A program made the translations under genes and the position numbers. A stretch of 64,000 nucleotides of DNA from a virus: positions 1 through 64,000 of IMG/VR virus record IMGVR_UViG_3300025012_000049; one strand, given 5' to 3'. Shown here one piece after another: positions 17,614 through 25,951 of the stretch (positions are counted from its first letter, which is position 1; the number at the start of each line of letters is the position of its first letter). A model generated the notes under the pieces. The model did no database searches, was not told the DNA's origin, and saw nothing but the letters and a program-made list of their open reading frames with translations.

Positions 17614-19113
17614 GTGAAGACAATGGCTTATAGAATTAAAGGTAAAAATGGTTTGCCTATTAAAAAAGATGGGCATTTTCTTTTAGGGTCCGATATGCCA
17701 GTTGTTAAGATTGAACAATTGGATGAAGAAAACATGTCTTTCTTGGCAATTGGTTCCACGGAAGATGAAGATCGAGATAAAGATATTATCCGTATTGCTG
17801 GATGGCAATTGGGTAATTTCAAAAAGAATCCAGTACTCCCATGGAGTCATAATTATTGGGAACCGCCGGTTGGCAAGGCATTGATGGTTAAAAAAGATGT
17901 TGAAAAGAAACAATTGGTGTTTAAACCCCAATTTGACAAGGATGACGATAAAGCCCGTTTGATTTTCAATAAATATAAAAATGGATTTTTGAATACTTTT
18001 TCTGTTGGTTTTATTGGTGTTGAATGTTGTTTACGGGAAGAGGGAAATTATTGGGGTGGTCGGGAATTCACCAAACAGGAACTTTTGGAGATTTCCCCGG
18101 TAACGGTGCCTTGTAATCCCAATGCCAATATGGATGTAAGATCCTTGACGGATGATCTTCCGCCAAATCTTACTCAAATGGGCTATAAGCAATTTATGTG
18201 TAAAACTGAGTCTGGTTTATTTATTCCGGTAACGGATACGGAAATTTACACCAATCCATTTATTATTCCCTTGTGGAACGGTATCAAGGGAATTTATGGT
18301 TCCATGATTGATACCCCTGAAAGTGGCGATAAACAACTGGTTGGTTATGTTTTCCCTGAAGATATGGATGAACAAACTGCTAATGAATTTGTGAAAGCAC
18401 ACACAGACAACAAAGCAAAAGTTAAATATTTTGATATGGGTAAGAAACAAATTGGTGAGGAAGAGTTTGATTTGGAAGTCGTGGAGGAAGTGGAAGAAAA
18501 GGAAATTTCCGATGACTCTATTGAAACGGAAGAAATTTCAACTGAGGTTGAAGAAGAAAAGACAGAGGAGAATGTTGAAAATAAGGAAGAGTTGGAAGAA
18601 GAACAAAAAGAACCGTTTATTGAAGTAACAATATCTATTATTGATACAGAAGGTAAAGAGGTTAAATCCCGTAAGGAAAAAATTCAAAAGGAGGATATTA
18701 AGGAAGAAGATATTGATAAATTGTTTGAATCTGTTTTAGCTGAGGATACAGCCGATGATGGAGAAATGAAAATATCTGATAAACAAATGGATGAAATTGT
18801 AGAACGAGTAAAGAAATCTGTTGAAAAAGAAAACGAAGTAGATAATAATGACAATAGTAATTCTGAGATTGTGCTTGCTGAAGAATCAGAAGAGTCAAAA
18901 AATGGTGAAGTTTTAGAATTTGATGAATCACTGTTCTCCCCTGTCAGTGATGATGATAATTCGGAAGATTTCATCGAAATTGACGATAAAGATTTTTCAG
19001 AGGTTAAATCACAGATGAAAAAAGGCAGTATAGGTAGTATTGGTTTAAAAGAAGTTTTGGAACAATCGGTAAAATCGGTGTTAGATAATTTTTCTGGAAA
19101 ATTGGAAGACTAA
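17614..19113 (+). CDS. Prohead maturation protease (HK97 gp4-like) with acidic scaffold-like C-terminus
   Basis: STEDEDRDKD, KKNPVLPWSH, FSVGF, LLEISPVTVPCNPNA; long Glu/Asp-rich tail. Confidence 0.9.
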   Translation: MKTMAYRIKGKNGLPIKKDGHFLLGSDMPVVKIEQLDEENMSFLAIGSTEDEDRDKDIIRIAGWQLGNFKKNPVLPWSHNYWEPPVGKALMVKKDVEKKQLVFKPQFDKDDDKARLIFNKYKNGFLNTFSVGFIGVECCLREEGNYWGGREFTKQELLEISPVTVPCNPNANMDVRSLTDDLPPNLTQMGYKQFMCKTESGLFIPVTDTEIYTNPFIIPLWNGIKGIYGSMIDTPESGDKQLVGYVFPEDMDEQTANEFVKAHTDNKAKVKYFDMGKKQIGEEEFDLEVVEEVEEKEISDDSIETEEISTEVEEEKTEENVENKEELEEEQKEPFIEVTISIIDTEGKEVKSRKEKIQKEDIKEEDIDKLFESVLAEDTADDGEMKISDKQMDEIVERVKKSVEKENEVDNNDNSNSEIVLAEESEESKNGEVLEFDESLFSPVSDDDNSEDFIEIDDKDFSEVKSQMKKGSIGSIGLKEVLEQSVKSVLDNFSGKLED

Positions 19114-19140
19114 AAAATAAATACATGGAGGAAATGAAAA

Positions 19141-20379
19141 ATGAAATTGACTAAAGAAGACCTTATTAAGATGTTGGACGAGCAACTTAAATCTCATGTT
19201 GCCGGTGATGATTTTGGGAAAATGGTACAGGATGTTATTGGCAAACACATTGCTTCTCTGCAAAGTGATGTAGCACAGCCGTTTGGTACGACTTCTAAAG
19301 CTATGTTGGCTGGTCTGCCGTTTATTAAGATGGATGGTGATTTTATTTCCACCAAGCAGGGTTCCATTATTAATATGAAGAATAAACAGAATCCTTGGGT
19401 ACAGGTTTCCGAAGAACTTGGTGCATGGGCTAAAGATTTTGCTAGTTATTTGAAAACTGGCAGTGTTTCTAAACTGCTGTCGGAAGGTGTTGATAGTGCT
19501 GGTGGTTATCTGGTTCCTGCTGAATTCCGTGCCATTATGATTATGTGGGATGCTCTGCCGACTTTGGTTTGGCAGCGGGCTACCGTGTGGCCGATGAATG
19601 GTGAAAAACTTGGTTTCCCGAAACTGCAACAGGATGCCGATGTAGAGTCTGCCAGCTTTGATCCGTTTGCTGGTGTGTCGTTCAGTTGGACGGAAGAAGG
19701 TGGTGAAAAAGGTTCGACGCAGCCTAATTTCGGTCTGGTGGAAATGGTGGCTCACGAACTTTCTGGTTATACGGAAGTTACCAATACTCTGCTTGAGTCT
19801 TCGGCGGTCAATCTGGTGAATTTCTTGACCCGTATTTTCCGTGCCGCTTGGTACTGGATTACGGACAAAACATTTATTCAAGGTACTGGTGGGAAACAAC
19901 CGTTGGGGATTATCAACGATCCTTCGGTGTTCACGGTTAATCGTCAAACCGCTTCCAATGTTGAAGTTGATGACGTTCTGAATATGGAAGCCAAACTTCC
20001 GGCAGTGTTTGATGAAGGTTCGGTATGGTTTATTTCCAAAAAAGCCCGTGCCAATCTGCGTGGTCAGAAAGTTTCTGCCAATAGTAAAGAATTGGTTCTT
20101 CAGGAAACTTTTGGAAATATTTCCGATGGTTATAATATGACCATTCTTGGTCGTCCGGCTGTTCTGGCGGATGGTAAGATTCCGACTCTTGGTACTGATG
20201 GTGATGTTATCCTTGGTAACTGGTCGCATTATTACATTGGTTTCCCGCAGGAATTCGCAATGGATTCCAGTAAACATTTCCAATTCCGTAAAAACCGCAC
20301 TTCGCTCCGTTGTGCTGGTCGGGTTGATGGCGTGGCAGCTCAGGCACAGGCGTTCGTGATCTTGGGCGGTGTCTCTTAA
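19141..20379 (+). CDS. Major capsid protein (HK97 fold)
   Basis: GGYLVPAEF, WTEEG, GTGGKQPLGI, ILGRP, RVDG; follows the protease; highly biased codons. Confidence 0.93.
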   Translation: MKLTKEDLIKMLDEQLKSHVAGDDFGKMVQDVIGKHIASLQSDVAQPFGTTSKAMLAGLPFIKMDGDFISTKQGSIINMKNKQNPWVQVSEELGAWAKDFASYLKTGSVSKLLSEGVDSAGGYLVPAEFRAIMIMWDALPTLVWQRATVWPMNGEKLGFPKLQQDADVESASFDPFAGVSFSWTEEGGEKGSTQPNFGLVEMVAHELSGYTEVTNTLLESSAVNLVNFLTRIFRAAWYWITDKTFIQGTGGKQPLGIINDPSVFTVNRQTASNVEVDDVLNMEAKLPAVFDEGSVWFISKKARANLRGQKVSANSKELVLQETFGNISDGYNMTILGRPAVLADGKIPTLGTDGDVILGNWSHYYIGFPQEFAMDSSKHFQFRKNRTSLRCAGRVDGVAAQAQAFVILGGVS

Positions 20380-20402
20380 TAGAAAACAAATTTTTTCATA
20401 GT

Positions 20403-20432
20403 GTGGGGATTTGAAATACAATCCCCACTTTT
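20403..20432 (+). terminator. Intrinsic terminator after the capsid gene
   Basis: GTGGGGATT...AATCCCCAC-TTTT. Confidence 0.7.
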
Positions 20433-20463
20433 CAAAAAATAAACTGATGGAGGATATAGAAAA

Positions 20464-20907
20464 ATGTACGATATTATTTCCAATAATAAGGTTGAAATTA
20501 TTCGTTCGGTGGCTGATGAAGCTGCTGGTGCAGCCGCCAATTCCCCGACTACTGAAATTGATCTTTATACTGGTGGTCTTGCTAATCGTGCTTTGTTGAT
20601 TATTGATGTTACTAGCGTTGGTACGGGTGGAACTTTGGATCTGGTTGTTCAGGATTCCGATGATGATTCCACCTATGATGCGGACTTTATCACCATTCCG
20701 CAAATTACTGAAACTGGTCTTTATCTGGTGGTTATTGATGATCCTAAACGGTATCTGCGGGTGAATCATGATGTTGATACCGATACGGTGAATTGGGGTG
20801 CTTATCTGGTGACGTTTGAAGAGCAACGTTGTCCGGTAACGCAAACTGGTACGGTTCTGACGGGTACTTATGGTTCCGGCCGTAGCCCGAAAGTTGCCAC
20901 GGCTTAA
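20464..20907 (+). CDS. Capsid decoration/cement protein
   Basis: Position after the capsid gene; VQDSDD...KRYLRV motif; high-expression codons. Confidence 0.7.
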   Translation: MYDIISNNKVEIIRSVADEAAGAAANSPTTEIDLYTGGLANRALLIIDVTSVGTGGTLDLVVQDSDDDSTYDADFITIPQITETGLYLVVIDDPKRYLRVNHDVDTDTVNWGAYLVTFEEQRCPVTQTGTVLTGTYGSGRSPKVATA

Positions 20908-20935
20908 CGCATTAACAGTTGTAATGCAGTATGCA

Positions 20936-20966
20936 GGGGTGTGGGATTTTCCTGCACCCCTTTTTT
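20936..20966 (+). terminator. Intrinsic terminator
   Basis: GGGGTGTGGG...CCTGCACCCC-TTTTTT. Confidence 0.75.
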
Positions 20967-21000
20967 AAAATTAATTTATCAGAGAGATAGAGAGGCAAAA

Positions 21001-21252
21001 ATGAAGGTAAAAATCCTAGATGTTGATTTAATCAGGCGTTATGGCAATAGTATTATTGATATGAATGACATGCTGGCATTTAGTTTACAGAAACAAAATA
21101 AAGTAAAAATCATTGACACATTACCAGAAAAAGAATTACCTGATAGTGGTACTGTTCTGATTTTTGCTAATGGCAATAAAGAAAAAGAAATTGATAAAAA
21201 TAAAAGAATACCGGATGTTGATGAACCATTATTTCCACAAATAAATATGTAA
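21001..21252 (+). CDS. Small head-region hypothetical protein (start moved to MKVKIL)
   Basis: GAGG RBS before ATG 21001. Confidence 0.6.
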   Translation: MKVKILDVDLIRRYGNSIIDMNDMLAFSLQKQNKVKIIDTLPEKELPDSGTVLIFANGNKEKEIDKNKRIPDVDEPLFPQINM

Positions 21253-21264
21253 AGGAATAAACCA

Positions 21265-21921
21265 ATGTCTCTTCTTTCCTTTGCTTTAATAGATACAGAT
21301 TATTATAAAACCATGATGGGTTTATCCAGTTTAGACCAAGCAACCACGGATAAAGTCATCAATCTAATAAATAAGGCAACTGTAGCCTTTGAGGACTTCT
21401 GTAATCGGCCTTTAAAAGCTAGAACCTTTGATTATGCTCCTTTGGATGGTCAAGGACAGGATAATGCTGATTACAGTGAACGTTATGCCATTTTTGACGG
21501 TATAACGGGTGTTGAGTTTTATTTCCCCACCTATCCGGTTAACTCAGTAACCAGTTTTTATATTAATGATGTAGAAATTATTGCTGCTACAGATTACAGT
21601 GATTTGACCGGATATCATCTAAAAAATGCTGTGGGTAAATTGGTTTATTACGGAAGTTTTTATTATGGTTATGTAAAGAATATAAAAGCCAAATGGAATG
21701 GTGGTTATACGGCCAATCACGCTGAATTGGAAGAATTAAAATACTTATGTTTTGATATGGTTAGAACCTTGGTTAATGTGCCAAATAATCCTAATCTACA
21801 GTCTGAGAAAATAGGTAATTATTCTTATACCAATTATTCTCCATTGATGTTGAAAGAAATGCAGGGATTAAATGCACAGATTTTTTCTGATTTAAGACGA
21901 TATCGGAAAGAGGTCATCTGA
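21265..21921 (+). CDS. Head-tail adaptor (gp6/gp15-like)
   Basis: LINKAT..FEDFCNR, SEKIGNYSY, LRRYR. Confidence 0.8.
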   Translation: MSLLSFALIDTDYYKTMMGLSSLDQATTDKVINLINKATVAFEDFCNRPLKARTFDYAPLDGQGQDNADYSERYAIFDGITGVEFYFPTYPVNSVTSFYINDVEIIAATDYSDLTGYHLKNAVGKLVYYGSFYYGYVKNIKAKWNGGYTANHAELEELKYLCFDMVRTLVNVPNNPNLQSEKIGNYSYTNYSPLMLKEMQGLNAQIFSDLRRYRKEVI

Positions 21922-21922
21922 T

Positions 21923-22261
21923 ATGAATCTTTTAAATCAAACCTGTAAAATTGAACGGGCAACCGTTACCAAGAATGATTATAAACAATCGGTAAAAACA
22001 TGGAGTACCATTGGTGCTACTGTTTCCTGTAATATTCAGCAGGATCGTTCTGTGGTGAGTAATTTTAATCAGGAAAATTCAGGTCAAGTTACCACGGGGA
22101 GATATTTGGGATTTTTTGAAACAACCCAAGATATAAGGAAAGGAGATAAAATTACTTGGTCAAGTATTGTCTTATTTGTGGATGGAATACCATCACCAAT
22201 ATTTGCATCTGGTAGTTCTTCACACCATCTGGAAGTAGCTTTATCAGTTGAGGAAACCTGA
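21923..22261 (+). CDS. Head closure/stopper protein
   Basis: LLNQTCKIER...DIRKGDKI...HHLEV. Confidence 0.75.
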   Translation: MNLLNQTCKIERATVTKNDYKQSVKTWSTIGATVSCNIQQDRSVVSNFNQENSGQVTTGRYLGFFETTQDIRKGDKITWSSIVLFVDGIPSPIFASGSSSHHLEVALSVEET

Positions 22262-22264
22262 TAA

Positions 22265-23011
22265 ATGACTATTAAACATGACATAGCAGAAGAACGTATC
22301 CGCATAGGTAAAGCTGTCCAAAAAAGTAAATTGGGCAGAGCTATAGCTGAAAATATTCTAAATCCAATTTTAAATTCAATAGATTTGGAAATGGAAAAAA
22401 CAGCACAATGGATAGGTGAATTTGTAGTTGCTACAATAAGGGAAAATATATTAAACAGCACACCGTCTGGTAGAGAATATACAGTGGTATTGGTTGAAGA
22501 TAATGGTGATAAAAATAAATACACTGAATTAGGCTCTTATACAGCTTCAGCACCGGGACAACCACCAGCATCATTTGATAGTGGTCTAGGCGTTCCAACT
22601 GGTACATTATTTGATTCCATATCATTTGAGATAGATGAAACAGGCAGAGTCAGGGTTGGTGTTTTTGATTCAGTTGGAACAGAATATCAATCTTTATTTT
22701 ATGCGGGTGGAAAAATATTTATATCCAGAGGTAAAGGTAAAAAAACCCCGGTAGAAATATATGCTAATGCTTTAGATGTTGGTGCTGCTTCTGATGGATG
22801 GTCAGTTGATGAACGTCCTTGGTTTCGTAGCATTATGGAAGAATTAAGACCACAAATAAGAACTATAATCAGAGATAGATTACATAGAGCAATGAAAAGA
22901 GCAACCAGAAGTAAAGGTGCAAAAACTGCTATTTATTTCCGTGTCTACTTTGATAATAAAAAGGCTTTGGATGTTTCCAAAGGTTATGATAATGAGTGGT
23001 GGGAGGATTGA
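22265..23011 (+). CDS. Neck/tail completion protein (HK97 gp10-like)
   Basis: ASAPGQPPA, TGTL..SI, YANALD.G, RPWF. Confidence 0.7.
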   Translation: MTIKHDIAEERIRIGKAVQKSKLGRAIAENILNPILNSIDLEMEKTAQWIGEFVVATIRENILNSTPSGREYTVVLVEDNGDKNKYTELGSYTASAPGQPPASFDSGLGVPTGTLFDSISFEIDETGRVRVGVFDSVGTEYQSLFYAGGKIFISRGKGKKTPVEIYANALDVGAASDGWSVDERPWFRSIMEELRPQIRTIIRDRLHRAMKRATRSKGAKTAIYFRVYFDNKKALDVSKGYDNEWWED

Positions 23012-23014
23012 GTT

Positions 23015-23455
23015 ATGTTGGAAATCCAAGCTGAAATTGTCGATATATTAGTCAATGATGCTATTCTTCAAGGTTTAACTGGATATACTCTATCCGATGA
23101 ACGAGTTTATGCTTGGAACCCTTCAGAAGATGTTATATACTCAAGTAGTAAAAAAGCAGCTATATTTTATCGAATGGCATTAGGAAAAAGACCTAATAGA
23201 TGGTCTTATCCTAAACAATTTGTCAATGGCTCTTTGTTTTTTAAAGTTGTTTCCATAGATCAGGAAACTACGGATAAAGTAGCTGAACGATTAACTGATT
23301 TATTTGATACGCAAAAAATAGAAACAACCAATTGGCGCATTAACCATTGTGAGTTGGTATCCAGAAATGATGCACAAACCGAAGGAGCACCATCAAATAC
23401 ACAATGGGTAAAAATGGTAAGTTTCATGTTGTCTAATATTTTTAAAAGAACTTGA
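23015..23455 (+). CDS. Tail terminator
   Basis: Size and position before the tail tube gene. Confidence 0.65.
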   Translation: MLEIQAEIVDILVNDAILQGLTGYTLSDERVYAWNPSEDVIYSSSKKAAIFYRMALGKRPNRWSYPKQFVNGSLFFKVVSIDQETTDKVAERLTDLFDTQKIETTNWRINHCELVSRNDAQTEGAPSNTQWVKMVSFMLSNIFKRT

Positions 23456-23578
23456 TTTATTTTTTACTGGTAAATGCTTTTCAGCTAAATACTATTTAAA
23501 AAATAAATCAAACAAAGGGGAGAAACAAAAAGTAGTTACAGGGGAATAGTAAGATAATAAAAAATACAATAAAGGAGA

Positions 23579-24097
23579 ATGAACATGACTGTATATGCAA
23601 CTGCATTTGATTCTGATAATATTTCGATTGGTCCTGCTTATATCTATTTTGCTGGACGGCATATTGGACATACCTATGGTGGTGTGTCTATTTCCATTAC
23701 CCAAAACGTTTATGAATTGAAATCTGACCAATACGGGGAAACCCCGGTACGTGTGTTGGATGCCGGTCTGGTTTTGGAAGTTACGGTTAATCTGACGGAA
23801 TCCACCTTTGATAACCTGAAAATGTTGTTTGCTTCAGCTACTGACCAAACGACTTATCTTACTTTTGGTAAGCCGGTTGGTGGGGCAATTACAACGGGTG
23901 AATTGGTTATTGAGCCAATTGATGGTTCTGATATTTTCCAGATTTATAAAGCGGCTCCGAATATTGGTGGTGCGGTTGAAGTGGCATTTACCACGGATTC
24001 GCAAAGAGTATTTGCCTGCAAGTTTGTTGGGCTTATCGATGACTCAAGGGCAGCTGGGGACCAACTCTTCCGAGTTAGTGGGTTTTCAAGTCCCTGA
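23579..24097 (+). CDS. Major tail (tube) protein
   Basis: ISIGPA, GHTYGGV, DQYGETPV motifs; high-expression codons. Confidence 0.85.
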   Translation: MNMTVYATAFDSDNISIGPAYIYFAGRHIGHTYGGVSISITQNVYELKSDQYGETPVRVLDAGLVLEVTVNLTESTFDNLKMLFASATDQTTYLTFGKPVGGAITTGELVIEPIDGSDIFQIYKAAPNIGGAVEVAFTTDSQRVFACKFVGLIDDSRAAGDQLFRVSGFSSP

Positions 24098-24126
24098 TTG
24101 ACTTTCTACTAAAAGGGGTGTATAAA
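24098..24126 (+). promoter_or_regulatory. Sigma70-like promoter for the HNH gene
   Basis: TTGACT-N17-TATAAA with extended TG. Confidence 0.6.
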
Positions 24127-24184
24127 GCATATAGGTCAGTTAGCCTATTTCTTTATACACCTCTCAGTGGAAAGGAAAATTATC

Positions 24185-25225
24185 GTGAAGATTAGAAAAA
24201 AGAACTTAATCGGTGATAGGTTTGGGAGGTTATTGGTTGTTGGGCATTATGAAGGAAAGTATTGGTCTTGTGTTTGTGATTGTGGAACAGAAAAAAAGGT
24301 AAGGGAAGATAGTTTAGAAAATGGGACAACTAGAAGTTGTGGTTGTTTAATGCGTGAATTAGCAAAAGAAAGAGAAACAGACAACTATAAAGATAAAACA
24401 GGAAAAAGATTTGGAAGATTAACTGTTGTAAAATGGGTTGGTTCTGGTAATTGGTTATGTAAGTGTGATTGTGGAAATGAGAAGATAGTTCTTACAAGTA
24501 GTTTAATGTCTGGAGGAACAAAAAGTTGTGGTTGTTTGTGTGATGAGGCCAGAAGAAAATCAAAGGATAGAAAACCAAAAGAGAATTTAATTGGAAAAAA
24601 ATTTGGAAGGTTGCTTGTTAAAAAATATAATAAAAAGGGTAGTTGGGTTTGTTTATGTGATTGTGGCAATAAACATATTGTAAAAACATTTAATCTTAAA
24701 TCAGGAAACACAAAAAGTTGTGGTTGTTTATATGTGGATAGTAGAGGACAGGTAAAAAACATAAAACATGGCTTAACCAAAACTCCATTTTACAATTTTT
24801 GGAGGAGACTAAAAGCAAGATGCAACAACCCAAAAAACAAGAGTTATAAAGATTATGGTGGAAGAGGAATTACATACGATACACGATGGGAAGAATTTGA
24901 AAACTTCTATAAAGATATGTATTTTAAATATTTGTATGCAATCAAACAATTAAAGATAAAAAAACCTAGTATTGAAAGAAAAGACTTTAATGGCAACTAT
25001 TGTAGAGAAAACTGTTGTTTTATAGAGCATAGCGATCAAAGTAAAAATACAAGGCATGTTATTGTTTTTGAGGCTATTTCCCCAGAAGGAATAAAAACAG
25101 AAGAATTGAATGTAAATGAATTTGCCAAAAAATATGGATTAAATACAGGACACATTTGTAATTGTATAGGAGGTTTAGAGAAAACCCATAAAGGTTGGAA
25201 ATTTAAAAAAATCAACAATGTATAA
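24185..25225 (+). mobile_element. Free-standing HNH homing endonuclease with three N-terminal CDCG zinc-binding repeats
   Basis: Three copies of G.RFGRL.V...W.C.CDCG...SCGC; DYGGRGI; IERKD.NGNYC.ENC; C-terminal DNA-binding HTH; inserted between tail tube and chaperone; GGAAAGGA RBS favours GTG 24185. Confidence 0.85.
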
Positions 25226-25271
25226 GTATTTTGCTTATACAATTTAAAACAAAGAAAAAGGAGAGGCAACA

Positions 25272-25631
25272 ATGAGTGAAATCAAAAGTTTTGATGATCT
25301 GGCGCAAGACACCAAGTTTCAGTTTAAAGGAAATACCTATGTTATCCCGGCAATATCCAATGAAAAAGCGGAAAAACTGTTTAAAATGGGTAAAAAGGCA
25401 AACAAGGGTAAACCTGAATTTGCCAGTGCTGAAATGGAACAGGAAGAAATTAATTTTGTGGAAGAACAGAATAAATTTATTTGTGCTGTAGTGGTTGATG
25501 AAAATGGTAGTCCAGTAAATGAAGCAACTGTGGCACAATGGCCAATGAAAGTTAGTTTGGCAGTGGTCAAACTTATCAATGAATGTGTTTCCGGTATTAA
25601 GGAAGATACCCCTGAAGAAAAAAAGCAGTAA
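25272..25631 (+). CDS. Tail assembly chaperone (gpG-like)
   Basis: Position before the tape measure; ends in slippery A-AAA-AAG. Confidence 0.8.
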   Translation: MSEIKSFDDLAQDTKFQFKGNTYVIPAISNEKAEKLFKMGKKANKGKPEFASAEMEQEEINFVEEQNKFICAVVVDENGSPVNEATVAQWPMKVSLAVVKLINECVSGIKEDTPEEKKQ

Positions 25632-25936
25632 GTCAGATTCGGGAATACATTCAGATAGTCAAAGCATTTGATGGGGGAATAAGTTTAAAGGATATACAGG
25701 AACTTCCTTATTCCCAATATAAAATTATCAGAAAGGCGGCAGAATTGGAGGAAATCAGGGAACGCACTTCTCGGATAGCCGAAATGAATGCCGCCTTTTC
25801 TGGTAATAAGAAATTAGTTGATGCTTTGGAAAAACGTTTTCAGGAAATCCAGAATAACAAAGGCATGGTAGCTGTTCTGGAAAATACTAAACCCGATTCT
25901 GACTGGAAAGAACGATTATCACGTTTTAAACGATGA
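25619..25936 (+). CDS. -1 frameshift extension of the tail chaperone (gpGT-like)
   Basis: Heptamer AAAAAAG at 25619-25625; -1 frame open (AVSQIREYIQ...ELEEIRERTS...RFKR) to 25936. Confidence 0.8.
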   Translation, partial: KKAVSQIREYIQIVKAFDGGISLKDIQELPYSQYKIIRKAAELEEIRERTSRIAEMNAAFSGNKKLVDALEKRFQEIQNNKGMVAVLENTKPDSDWKERLSRFKR

Positions 25937-25951
25937 AATATAAAGAGGGAT

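Noticed and set aside
19081-20844. 587-aa antisense ORF over the capsid and decoration genes
   Set aside because: Shadow frame: the sense genes rarely use TTA/CTA/TCA codons. No protein-like motifs, and it spans a terminator.
24200-24740. Three ~190-nt imperfect repeats (TGTGATTGTGG…AGTTGTGGTTGT) as a CRISPR or DNA repeat array
   Set aside because: They are in-frame protein domain repeats of the HNH endonuclease, with no spacer structure.
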